From a virus (lineage: Duplodnaviria; Caudoviricetes), in IMG/VR virus record IMGVR_UViG_3300033072_000326, positions 1 through 64,000 of that record: 64,000 bases of DNA; one strand, written 5' to 3'. Below are positions 39,066 to 48,700 of this stretch, piece by piece (position 1 is the stretch's first letter; every line of letters starts with the position of its first letter). The notes under the pieces were generated by a model. It saw nothing but the letters and a program-made list of their open reading frames with translations, was not told the DNA's origin and made no database searches. The translations under genes and the position numbers were made by a program.

Positions 39066-39500
39066 ATGACAACTAAAAAACAATTCACCCTATCTGAGCG
39101 TTCTATCAAATCCTTGACGGGTGTAGACAAACGCCTTCAAGATGTTGTAAAACTGGCTCTATCTTATAGCACAGAAGACTTCTTTGTCAACGAAGGGAAG
39201 CGTTCTGTCGAACGGCAACGTCTCCTTGTCTCTCAAGGTGCAAGTAAGACAATGAACAGCAAACACATTACAGGCCATGCTGTCGATTTGGTTCCTGTTG
39301 CTGTCAAAGGTGTTATTCCTTGGAACGACAGTAAGAAGTTTGACGCCATTGGTAAGGCGATGTTCAAAGCGGCAGCAGAACTTGGTGTTAAGATTCGCTG
39401 GGGTAAGGATTGGAATGGGAACGGTATTGCGGACGAGAAGTTTGTAGACTCTCCTCATTTCGAGTTGCTTGACACAGCAACATTCCAGAAGGGATTTTGA
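39066..39500 (+). CDS. Endolysin, M15 L-Ala-D-Glu peptidase
   Basis: EGKRSVERQ, SKHITGHAVDLVP, RWGKDW, DSPHFEL. Confidence 0.92.
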   Translation: MTTKKQFTLSERSIKSLTGVDKRLQDVVKLALSYSTEDFFVNEGKRSVERQRLLVSQGASKTMNSKHITGHAVDLVPVAVKGVIPWNDSKKFDAIGKAMFKAAAELGVKIRWGKDWNGNGIADEKFVDSPHFELLDTATFQKGF

Positions 39501-39503
39501 ACG

Positions 39504-39695
39504 ATGACTAAGTTACAGCGAATGAAGCAGCATTGTATTGACTTGCTTGCTGAAGCCAGTACATGGCGTTCTCTGATGTTCTTTGCTGCTTTGGCTTGTG
39601 GACATAACCTAGATTGGCCTGAAGAACAGCAACTATTTGTTGCAACATCAGCTGCCTATGCTATTGGTTTGTTCTTCAAGGACAAGACAAAATGA
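39504..39695 (+). CDS. Holin candidate
   Basis: 63 aa with two short hydrophobic segments, between endolysin and spanins. Confidence 0.6.
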   Translation: MTKLQRMKQHCIDLLAEASTWRSLMFFAALACGHNLDWPEEQQLFVATSAAYAIGLFFKDKTK

Positions 39696-40027
39696 ACTTC
39701 ATGACGGAGGGTTTGTACAAGGCTGTACCTGCCCTTCTCATTGTCATTGCTCTGTTTGCTTCAGGGTGGATGGTGAGAGGGTGGAGTGATGCTGAAGAGA
39801 ATAGGCAGCAAGAACAGGCTATTGCAGAGAAACGCATTGCTATTGAAACAATGTCTAAAGATGTTCTTGTGCAGCTTAAAGATACGTTGTCTAACATTGA
39901 AAAGCAAGGTGTTAAAGAGCGTACAATTATTCAGAAGGAAACAGAGAAGCCAGTTTACAAACAACAATGCATTGAACAAAGCGGTATGGACATGGTGAAT
40001 AACATGGCGAAAGGAACGGGCAAATGA
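39692..40027 (+). CDS. i-spanin (Rz-like)
   Basis: N-terminal TM, coiled coil, C-terminal EKPVYKQQC. Confidence 0.8.
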   Translation: MNFMTEGLYKAVPALLIVIALFASGWMVRGWSDAEENRQQEQAIAEKRIAIETMSKDVLVQLKDTLSNIEKQGVKERTIIQKETEKPVYKQQCIEQSGMDMVNNMAKGTGK

Positions 40028-40302
40028 AACAACTTCTTCTTGTGTTCTCCATGCTGCTGTTGTCTGCATGTGCTACACAACGCGTTGTTCTTCCCCCTGA
40101 AGTGTTTAAGCAAGAAATGACGCAAATGTGTGAGCCACAACTTGCACAGCTTCAAGGGAAAGATGGAAAGGCTGTTATGGTGACATTTCAGCTTTGGCAC
40201 GAAAGCTACAGGCAATGTGAGGCTTTGAACAATAGCAAAGCTCAATACATGCTCAAGCTGCAAGAGATTTTTAAACAAAACAACAAGCTGTTTGAATATT
40301 AA
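40024..40302 (+). CDS. o-spanin (Rz1-like lipoprotein)
   Basis: Lipobox LLSAC, with two further Cys. Confidence 0.8.
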   Translation: MKQLLLVFSMLLLSACATQRVVLPPEVFKQEMTQMCEPQLAQLQGKDGKAVMVTFQLWHESYRQCEALNNSKAQYMLKLQEIFKQNNKLFEY

Positions 40303-40336
40303 ACAAAGCCCCTCCGTAATTGGAGGGGCATTTTCC
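40301..40336. terminator. Bidirectional terminator at convergence of arms
   Basis: GCCCCTCC-GTAATT-GGAGGGGC flanked by A-rich (left) and T-rich (right) tracts. Confidence 0.8.
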
Positions 40337-40349
40337 TATTGTTTAAATT

Positions 40350-41174
40350 TTAAAAGGACAGGTACACAAGAAGCCAACCAAGTGTCAGGGCGAGCGGAAC
40401 TTGCCCTGTGGTCTGAATTGCCTCTTCACCTGACAACTCACCTTTAACCTTTTGCCAGATATTGTACAAACTCATGTGATGATGAACAAACAGCATTTGG
40501 AAAAGAGACAGAAGGCCAAACATTTCCCAGAATGTAGGGACATACCATCCAAACTTCGCTGCTGCAATTGCATAAGCTTTCAGTGTAATCCACGGGTTGT
40601 AAAAGATTGAGCCAATGAAAATTGACAATACAATAAGTGCTACTACGATATTTGCCTTGTTTTCTTTCATTCTTCTCTCCTTACAGACCAGCCAGTGTAG
40701 CGGCTTCGTTAATCAGCGCCTGTTGCGTCTTAGCTTGAGACTTGGCGTACAAACTTAGAGATTTCTTCAGTGCCTTAATTTGATTCTTATGTTCCTTCTT
40801 GTCCCAACCCAATGTTTCAATAAGTGACTCAACCTCGTCCTTCTGGAGTTGCTTAGTTTTGTCAATATCTCGTTGACTCTGGTTATATGCAGCTCGTGCT
40901 GCTTTGTACAGTTCCAGTTGATGCGGATTCAGCATTACAGCAAAGTTCAGTTCGTTCATTGTGTTTCTCCTTCTTAGTTGTTAATAATTTGTTTCAGACG
41001 AGCTGCAATATCGAGGGCTTTGAAATCGTCACCTACAGACATACCCATCTCAAAAGCATCATCGTAATTACCACTGTCCCAATACTGAAGTTCACCGTTC
41101 TCGTATTGTTCCAGCATTTCATCGTCAACACCGTTAAGTAGTTCATCAATCAGGGCTTGGATTTGGTCTTTCAT
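40350..41174 (-). CDS. Three small proteins (40350-40670 membrane; 40681-40959 helical, DsbA/GapR-like?; 40974-41174 acidic)
   Basis: ORFs with AGGAG SD; functions not established. Confidence 0.6.
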
Positions 41175-41176
41175 GA

Positions 41177-41341
41177 CTATTTCTCCTCTATATTAAAAGT
41201 AAAACTACCAGTAGCATTCTTACGAGCATTGTACGCTTTGTAAACTTCTACAACATGCTCATTAGGCGCTGGTGGATTATCAATCAACTCCTGCACGAAG
41301 TCAACATCTTCTTGCGTTAGTTTCAAGTTAATATCTTCCAC
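41177..41341 (-). CDS. 54-aa peptide resembling TacA/DUF1778 antitoxin C-terminal domain
   Basis: Manual translation MEDINLKLTQEDVDFVQELIDNPPAPNEHVVEVYKAYNARK..., GTG start after AAAGGAGAG; below the ORF-track cut-off. Confidence 0.65.
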   Translation of the reverse strand: MEDINLKLTQEDVDFVQELIDNPPAPNEHVVEVYKAYNARKNATGSFTFNIEEK

Positions 41342-41394
41342 AATCTCTCCTTTAATTTGGAAGCCACACCATGTGGCCTCCCGTCATGTTTTAC

Positions 41395-41423
41395 ATCTTA
41401 CTCGGTGTAGCTTCAGTTGTCAA
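41395..41423 (-). promoter_or_regulatory. sigma70-type promoter
   Basis: TTGACA-17 nt-TAAGAT. Confidence 0.7.
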
Positions 41424-41438
41424 GGATTTCTTTACAAC

Positions 41439-43160
41439 TCATTGGCAAGCCAAGCATTCACCAGAGCTACTACTCACAACACCACGACTGCTGTAGATGT
41501 AATAGAGCGATAGAATGTCTTCGTTTTCAAAAGCCTCTTGATGCACTTCAGCAATCTGCTCTTCAGAGGCATTACCTGCAAAGAACAAGTTGAGTGACTG
41601 ACCTTGGCAAACGCGACGTTGACGAGCTGCTGCCATACGCACAATTGCTTTCTGGTCAATCTCAAAAGCTGTCTTGAACACAAGCTTCTCTTCTGGAGTG
41701 AGCCAATCAACATGCTGTACACTGCCCTGACCAACAACAGTATCGCTGATACACTTCTCTACGTCAAGACCTTTCTTCTTAATCAGTTCAAGAAGCACAG
41801 GGTTAATACGATCTACTTCACCAGCAGACGTGAGCTGTGTGAACGACATAGCCATATCTGGGTTAATGCCTTCGCTAATGCCGCCATAAATCAGTGCTGT
41901 ACTCTTCGTAGGCGCAATTGCTGTGCGATGTGTAAACCGCACACCGTAACCTTCGCACCACTCAGGTTCCCCAAGAACAGACGCAAGCCACTTAGATGCT
42001 TCTAGAGACTGTTTATCAATCTGCCCCGCAATCTGATTGGAGAGCATGTGAGCTTCCAAACCTTCAAACGGAATCATCTTCTTCTGGAACAGAGTGTGTA
42101 GCCCACCTTGCCCCAAACCAATTGCTCGACCTTTAATAGTAGAAGCAATGGCTTTCTCCAGACCTTTCACTTTGCTGCCATTTTCAATGAAATCGCTGAC
42201 AACACAATCTAAGAAAACAGTGGCAATAAACACAGCATCTGTATCTTTCCATTCATCCCATTTGCTGTCATTCATCCAAGACAGCACGCAAGTGTAGGTG
42301 TAGTCTTTGGAGGAGTGCAGGAAGATTTCAGAACAAAGTTGACTTGCTTTTACATCCAACCCTTTGTCAATGTACATTTGTGGCCGTTGACGATTTGCTT
42401 TGTCTACGAACATGAAGTAGCCACGCCCAAAAATCATCTTCAGCTTCAGAGCTTTCTTGAAACGACGATGTGCTTCTTTATCACCAGCATTCAGTTTGTC
42501 AATAAACTTGTCACGGATAATCCAACCAATATTACGACCATCAGGCTCTTTCTCAATAACACCAACAAGCTCATCAAAGTCACCATGTTCGATGTCAACA
42601 TAGCCAGCCCATCCACCTCGACGGTTAGCCCCTTGGCTCACATCTTCCATGTCCTGAACAAAGTGATTGTATACAGGAACCAGACCAGCTGCCGTACCAC
42701 CACGAGAGATGATACTACCACGAGGCCGAATACTGCTCAAATCAGTTGCAGTACCAAAACCTTCCTTGGTGAGCATAGCAACTTCACGATAGGCGTCGTA
42801 GAAACCTAACACACTATCTTCGATAACGCTGCCTGCACAACTGACAGAACAACCACGATCAGTCCCCATGTTGGCAAGGATTGGTGTACTACCTGCCATC
42901 CAGCCCTTCCACATAATCTCGAAGAAGGCAGACTCCCAAGTACGACCTACAGGCCAGTTTGGAGGATAGACAGATGGGGCATGTTTTGCTGCTGTCTTTG
43001 CAATCCGCTCAAATTGTTCTCGGACGTTAGTTGCTTTGTAGAGGTATTTGTTCTTGAACATCTGCCAACCTGCTGTAGCCATCCAGTCCGGAATCAAACC
43101 CTCTTGCTGCATCACCTTACGTTCCATGCTTAGTGCTTCATACGCATTCACTACAGTCAT
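41439..43160 (-). CDS. nrdA: Ribonucleotide reductase alpha subunit (class Ia, short, no ATP cone)
   Basis: STPILAN, VSC, SQLCSE (radical Cys), AIAPT, CQGQSLNLF, C-terminal CLAC. Confidence 0.92.
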   Translation of the reverse strand: MTVVNAYEALSMERKVMQQEGLIPDWMATAGWQMFKNKYLYKATNVREQFERIAKTAAKHAPSVYPPNWPVGRTWESAFFEIMWKGWMAGSTPILANMGTDRGCSVSCAGSVIEDSVLGFYDAYREVAMLTKEGFGTATDLSSIRPRGSIISRGGTAAGLVPVYNHFVQDMEDVSQGANRRGGWAGYVDIEHGDFDELVGVIEKEPDGRNIGWIIRDKFIDKLNAGDKEAHRRFKKALKLKMIFGRGYFMFVDKANRQRPQMYIDKGLDVKASQLCSEIFLHSSKDYTYTCVLSWMNDSKWDEWKDTDAVFIATVFLDCVVSDFIENGSKVKGLEKAIASTIKGRAIGLGQGGLHTLFQKKMIPFEGLEAHMLSNQIAGQIDKQSLEASKWLASVLGEPEWCEGYGVRFTHRTAIAPTKSTALIYGGISEGINPDMAMSFTQLTSAGEVDRINPVLLELIKKKGLDVEKCISDTVVGQGSVQHVDWLTPEEKLVFKTAFEIDQKAIVRMAAARQRRVCQGQSLNLFFAGNASEEQIAEVHQEAFENEDILSLYYIYSSRGVVSSSSGECLACQ

Positions 43161-44167
43161 TACATCCCTCCTTTAGCTTTCCACACAAAGCCTTCTTCAT
43201 TCCAACCACGTTGATATTCACGACCAACGCCAGAAGTGAAGAAGTCAATCATTTGAATTTTTTGTACACCACTGTAAAACCATTTAGCAATCGGATTATC
43301 GCCTACTTGGAACATTGCGTCAATACCTACATCACTCAGGCAAATGTTGAGGCGACTACGAACAAACTCTTTCAACTGATGCGCGTTTGTTCCGCGAGGG
43401 TCGCCTTTGGCACACAACATGTCACAGATACGTTCTTCATGTTCCAGAATAACGATAGCGGCTTGTTTAATCTTATCTTGAATCTCAGCCACTTTCTCTG
43501 CTGGCAGCTGCAATTCCTGCATCGCAATGTTGTACAGCAAAGCTCCAGCTGTTTGGTGCAAACCCTCATCAATGGCAGATTGGTTAATGCCCCGCACAGT
43601 GTTGGAAATCAGGTTGTTACCGTTACTCTGGAAGTTCTTGAACAAAGCAAAGCTACTGAACAACACAGCGCCCTCTACAAGAGAGAAAACAGCCAAGTCA
43701 ACCAAGTCGTCAGAAGTATCTACAAGCTGGTCAAGGAAGTCCATTCGTGCTTTCAACACAGGGTCTTCGATGTAGCTTTCGTAGAAAGAGTCAACATTCA
43801 ATCCCAACACTTGGTTTAGCTTGTCATAAAAAACTGCATGTATACCCTCTTCCACCATACCAAACACGGAACAAAGACGCTGCACTTCTGGGCGAGGAAA
43901 CATCTTACGAACACGACCATTCCAGTGCTCCCCGCCGACAAACAGCTCATATTTAACAAACAGTTTTAGTGCCGTAGACACAGCATGCTTCTCTGCCTCT
44001 GTCATATTGACTAGAAGGTCTTGCTTATCCTTCTCAACATCCATCTCTGTTGCTGTCCAGAAACAATCTACAAGCTGTTTATCTGCCAACTCCACAATGG
44101 CAGGATAATAGGTTACATAACTTTCTGTTGGTGTAAAAATACGGCTGTTGTATTTAGTCGTGGTCAT
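43160..44167 (-). CDS. nrdB: Ribonucleotide reductase beta subunit
   Basis: FWTATE, EEGIHAVFY, EGAVLFSSF, DEGLH, DFF...REY. Confidence 0.93.
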   Translation of the reverse strand: MTTTKYNSRIFTPTESYVTYYPAIVELADKQLVDCFWTATEMDVEKDKQDLLVNMTEAEKHAVSTALKLFVKYELFVGGEHWNGRVRKMFPRPEVQRLCSVFGMVEEGIHAVFYDKLNQVLGLNVDSFYESYIEDPVLKARMDFLDQLVDTSDDLVDLAVFSLVEGAVLFSSFALFKNFQSNGNNLISNTVRGINQSAIDEGLHQTAGALLYNIAMQELQLPAEKVAEIQDKIKQAAIVILEHEERICDMLCAKGDPRGTNAHQLKEFVRSRLNICLSDVGIDAMFQVGDNPIAKWFYSGVQKIQMIDFFTSGVGREYQRGWNEEGFVWKAKGGM

Positions 44168-45348
44168 ATTCTTCCTCATCTCGTACATCAATAATCATTT
44201 GTTTCATTGCATTCAGCATTACAACTGTCTGCTCATAATCATCTTCTTGTCCTACACTCTTACTACTTTTCATTACCTTATCAGCTGAATATGTGCGTAG
44301 AGCAAAAGCCATCAAATCTCTGTCACCAACACCTTCAGAGCTAGCACGAAGCAAATCACTCTTCAGTTCATTATCACTCTGAGAAGCAATGAGAGCTTGC
44401 ATTGTACTGTATTTGCTTTCAATCCAAGGAGCATCTGTTCGTTCACTACCAACAATGGAGAAATCAATTACAACATCTCCATCAAAATTACGATGCTTGT
44501 TAGCTTGATAGCCATATTGCTTGTTAATATCCAGTCCTAGATCATGGAGAAAAGGGACAAGAGATTCATCTGTTTCTCGTGACAACAGCTTAACGCTAGG
44601 CCATTTAAAGAAATGTGGAATCTTCTTCAAATCTGAGAAGCTAATTCGTCGTACAGCATGTGCTTGGTATTTGTCCATCAGTGTTTCTCCGCGTTTTTCA
44701 GATACTCGATAGCCATCAGAACAATATCGTGCATGTGCTCCACATCAACTTGCACCTTCGCGTGTCCCATTTCTTTGTAAATACACATCAGACCAAACAT
44801 GTCGCCAAGATCAGCTTCGCTCCAACGTTCAAGCAGGTTTAGGGCTTCTTGTGTTTTCATTGTGTCATTTCCTTCATCATCTGTTTAGCACGTTTAACAG
44901 CCTCTTCCCATTCTGTCTTTGTACACTGCTCACTACTTTGCAGAATGTATTTCATTGAATTGTCGTATTCTCGCTTCTGAAGAACAACAGAAGATTCTAC
45001 AGGAGATTCAAATTGTCGCTCTTCAATACAATAAACACACTCCTCAACATTGTCTCCAATGACAAATTTGAAATAGCTGTTAATACAGCTGCCTAGTTGT
45101 TTTCGATAGAGGGTTTGCATTTAATTCTCCTCCCATTTCCAAAGAGGAAGAAGACAAGCCTCGGTGATACTTAGCGCCTTGTTACCGTGGTATAGTTCAT
45201 CTAACAGCACGATATAGTGATGTGGTGCTGGATGCAGGTGGTGGCAAGGAAGACCAATAATCTCCCCATGTTTACCATTCAAATTCCCATCCCCTGTGCT
45301 ATAGAACACTATACTATCATACAGTTGGAAGTTTTGTGATTGGTACAT
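44154..45348 (-). CDS. Hypothetical proteins (44154-44678, 44678-44860, 44857-45120, 45121-45348)
   Basis: Overlapping start/stop ORFs. Confidence 0.6.
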
Positions 45349-45863
45349 TATACAGCCTCCTTCGGAAGAAATTGGTCAAGAACAACACTCTTGTAGCCTT
45401 TTGGTTTGAGTAATTTGAAATCGCTCTTACGAACAACAGCAAACACATCATACTCCTCATTGTAACGAATGTCAACAGCAATGTTCTGCTCTTCGTACAT
45501 TACAGCAGTTTCATTTGCTTCTTCAATTGTTTTTACAAATTTGCTGTCGTTGTTCTTACATACAGCTTCTAGAGCACCAAACACGTCGTAGCCGAGTTGT
45601 TCAGCAATTTGCATCAGACCAAATAGTGTATAAGCAACGTCTACAACACCGTCTAGAAGTTCTTTACTGTTTACGTCAATGTCCTCTGGTGAGATAACGC
45701 GATTGCCACAACACTCCTCCCATGCTCCCAGAGAGTCGAACGCTTCCCTTACCTCCTCGTCAACACGTTCAAGTTTCTGTACCAATGTTTCGTAAGACAC
45801 ATCAGAGCCAACAATAGTGTTGAATTTGTATGCCATTTCTTTTGCTTGTTCCAACTTGTTCAT
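45348..45863 (-). CDS. MazG-like NTP pyrophosphohydrolase
   Basis: EEVREA...ELLDGVVDVAY...VCKNNDSKF pattern. Confidence 0.85.
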   Translation of the reverse strand: MNKLEQAKEMAYKFNTIVGSDVSYETLVQKLERVDEEVREAFDSLGAWEECCGNRVISPEDIDVNSKELLDGVVDVAYTLFGLMQIAEQLGYDVFGALEAVCKNNDSKFVKTIEEANETAVMYEEQNIAVDIRYNEEYDVFAVVRKSDFKLLKPKGYKSVVLDQFLPKEAV

Positions 45864-46761
45864 TTCTTCTCCTTGTTATCCAGCTTCTTCATCAGTTCAA
45901 TAAGAAGTTCTGTACCTTTATCACTGTCTTCAATATAGGCAGCAATTTCGGCATTAATTTTCTCAGACATAAATCGCTCTCCCCACTCCTTGAGAAACGC
46001 TACAAACTTAGATTCTTTTTCATCAGTTTCAAAACCATCGTTCATACGAGCTTCAAGAACAACAGCCAAGCTGCACTTCAAGATGTACAGTTCTGCACCT
46101 GTGAGTTTCAATGTCTTCATTATTTCTTCTCCTTGTTCAATTTAACTAGTGTATCAACAAACAGCTTCAACATCTGTTCATCTGTCTCATATTCTACAAG
46201 AGCTTCCACATTCTTGTCAAGCAATTTGTCACACATTTGTTTCTGTTCTTCCGACAACATGTGAGGACGTGTTTCAAGCCATTCAGCGATGTTGTTCAAC
46301 AGTCCAAGAGAAATAACAGCTTTCTCTGTTGGTGTTATAGTGTAACGTTTGTTCTTCATTTCTTAACGCACTCACTAACACGAATACGAGAACTTACTTC
46401 CAACTTACCAACCATCTGTTTTGCAGCAGCAACACAGTTTTCCTTGGTTGTAAATTCTTGCGTAATGGCAGCTGCACTGTCACCACCAGCGAACGTAGCG
46501 AATACAATCAAAACCCACATAATTCTCTCCTTCTTGTTTTCCAGCGACAGATGAATATTATACCACAGATATTCAACTTGTCAACACACGTTATAAAGAA
46601 ATATAAACAACAGATGCAACAAACAACACAAGAAGAATGCACAAGAAAGTTGCTTGTAAGACATTTAGCTGCCGCTCTTCCAGGTGTTTTGTATTTCCAT
46701 TATCCATTGTTTTCCTGATGTTGTCAACAATTTCCATTGCTTTCTTTTGACTCTCGTTCAT
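45860..46761 (-). CDS. Small hypothetical proteins (45860-46120, 46120-46359, ~46356-46520 signal-peptide/2-Cys, ~46591-46761 C-terminal TM)
   Basis: Track ORFs plus two manually translated ORFs of about 55 aa with SDs. Confidence 0.55.
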
Positions 46762-46811
46762 TGTTCTCTCCTTACGTTTAAATGAGCCACCCCGAAAGGT
46801 GGCTCAAATAG

Positions 46812-47768
46812 CTACATTACATTTGTCAACGTCGCTTGCATCTCTTCTTTGCTACGCACATTATGTCGTGTACGCATCACTTTCCCACAACACTTACAAC
46901 GCATTGTATGGAAGGATGATAGCGCAGTGTGAGATAGTTTGTCAAGATTTTCTAGCTTATCACTGGCACAAACAACACAACGAGGGAGAACGCTTCCCTT
47001 ATACAAAGCCATGTTAGGGGCAAACTTATCCCAGCTACGCAGCTTCTCATACACTTTCTCAAGCACAAGAATGTCTTGGATGTTGTATTCTTCCATTTCA
47101 TTCCATGCCTCTTCATCCATCTGCATTACACGTTTCCACAAGCCGAAGCCAGAATGTTTCATCTTCTGCTCATTCAGGCCAAGATAGGCAGCAATGGATT
47201 CAAGAGAATTGGAAGGGAAACGGAATTGCTGTTTCGCAATCTTCAATGTGTCCACCACTTTATGGGGAGCAAATGGCGTCATACCATGAAACAACATACG
47301 TGTTGCAATTGTCGGCATGTCGAATTTAACAGCGTTGTGCGCAACAACAATGTCAGCTTGGTCAATAAGAGTTTTCATCTCCTTGACGATTTCAAAGTCG
47401 CTCTCTGGCTCTTGCACACGAGAGAAAATGATGTTGTCGTCACCAAACCACTTAGCAGCATAGCACAGAATATAGCCTTCTTTCTCTACATTCTCTTGTC
47501 CAATATTTGCTTTCCAACGACGGAATGTATAGGCAAGAAATGGAGCTGTCTCAATGTCGATGATGAGGATACGTGCTGGTGGTTTTTCCTTCTGCTCTGT
47601 GGCGTATTTAACACCCTCCAACACCTCTTGCCCAGTATTACGTTGTGCAGCAAGGAAATCGTTTACAGTGGATTTGCCAATGTTCAAGACACGGCCAATG
47701 CTCCGCGAGGAGTATCCTTGTGCCTTCATTGTTAGAATAGCATCTTTTGTCGATTGTGTCAGTTTCAT
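46812..47768 (-). CDS. HTH + DEDD (RNase H-like) exonuclease with C-terminal Zn ribbon
   Basis: IIDIET, VAHNAVKFD, YNIQD; N-terminal HTH; CVVC...CKCC. Confidence 0.8.
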   Translation of the reverse strand: MKLTQSTKDAILTMKAQGYSSRSIGRVLNIGKSTVNDFLAAQRNTGQEVLEGVKYATEQKEKPPARILIIDIETAPFLAYTFRRWKANIGQENVEKEGYILCYAAKWFGDDNIIFSRVQEPESDFEIVKEMKTLIDQADIVVAHNAVKFDMPTIATRMLFHGMTPFAPHKVVDTLKIAKQQFRFPSNSLESIAAYLGLNEQKMKHSGFGLWKRVMQMDEEAWNEMEEYNIQDILVLEKVYEKLRSWDKFAPNMALYKGSVLPRCVVCASDKLENLDKLSHTALSSFHTMRCKCCGKVMRTRHNVRSKEEMQATLTNVM

Positions 47769-48127
47769 TCTCGTACCTCGCTCACTTTAATATGTGCCAA
47801 ACCAGCTTTCCAAGCCTCTTCAAATGTCATATCTACGCACGCCATCAATGCACGATTCAGGTTCTTCTCGGCAGCTTCGTAAGATGCAAAGATGTAGTCA
47901 TTAATACCCAAATCCCATTCAGCCCAGATAGTGTAAACTTTCATTATTTCTCCTCACATTCCCATATCAACAATGGCAGTATCATCACAACCTTCGGAAT
48001 ACCCTGCATCGTAAATAGCTTCTACGACATCTTCAAACTCGTTCAACCATTCATAAGCATCTTGCAAATGCCAACCTTTACGACAAAGCAAAGTGGCAAT
48101 TTCGTGATACCGTTCACATTTAAGCAT

Positions 48128-48700
48128 TTATTTCTCTCCTTTAAGAATATCTCTCAACAACGCTCTACGTTTCGCTTCACTATTGATAGCAACACCAGTA
48201 TACCCTTTTTCTTGAAGGTAGGCAAGTGTTTTTGACTTATTTTTTAACATGTCAATAACGGTTGCCTCAATCTTAGCTTCCTCAAAGGATACACCAAGAC
48301 GCTGCCCAAGACTTACAATTCTGTGGCACCCTTTACACAAAATCCTCAAATCACTATCAGCTACCACAAGTAGCTTCTCTACACAAGATCGTACATCATC
48401 CAGAGATGTAAGGGAAGCTGTTTCTTCAAGAATGTGGTCAACCTCCACTTCGTTCTGCTTAAACACTTGCTGACAAATTTCGCACTTATACGCATTGACA
48501 AAGGGGAAGCGTTTCATTGAGCGAGGGTTTGTGTTTGGAACACGCATTGCTCTCTTCTTCAAATGCTTCAGACGTACAGGGGATTTAGACCACCCTTTCC
48601 TGATAATCCCCTTGAGCCACGAGAAGAATGCAGAACGTGTTTTCCAAACATCTTGGTTTTCTGCAACGATGATGTCGATTTTGTCAGTCATATTCAACAC
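48128..48700 (-). CDS. HNH/NinG-like endonuclease
   Basis: CEIC...VEVDHI...LRILCKGCH. Confidence 0.75.
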   Translation of the reverse strand: MLNMTDKIDIIVAENQDVWKTRSAFFSWLKGIIRKGWSKSPVRLKHLKKRAMRVPNTNPRSMKRFPFVNAYKCEICQQVFKQNEVEVDHILEETASLTSLDDVRSCVEKLLVVADSDLRILCKGCHRIVSLGQRLGVSFEEAKIEATVIDMLKNKSKTLAYLQEKGYTGVAINSEAKRRALLRDILKGEK

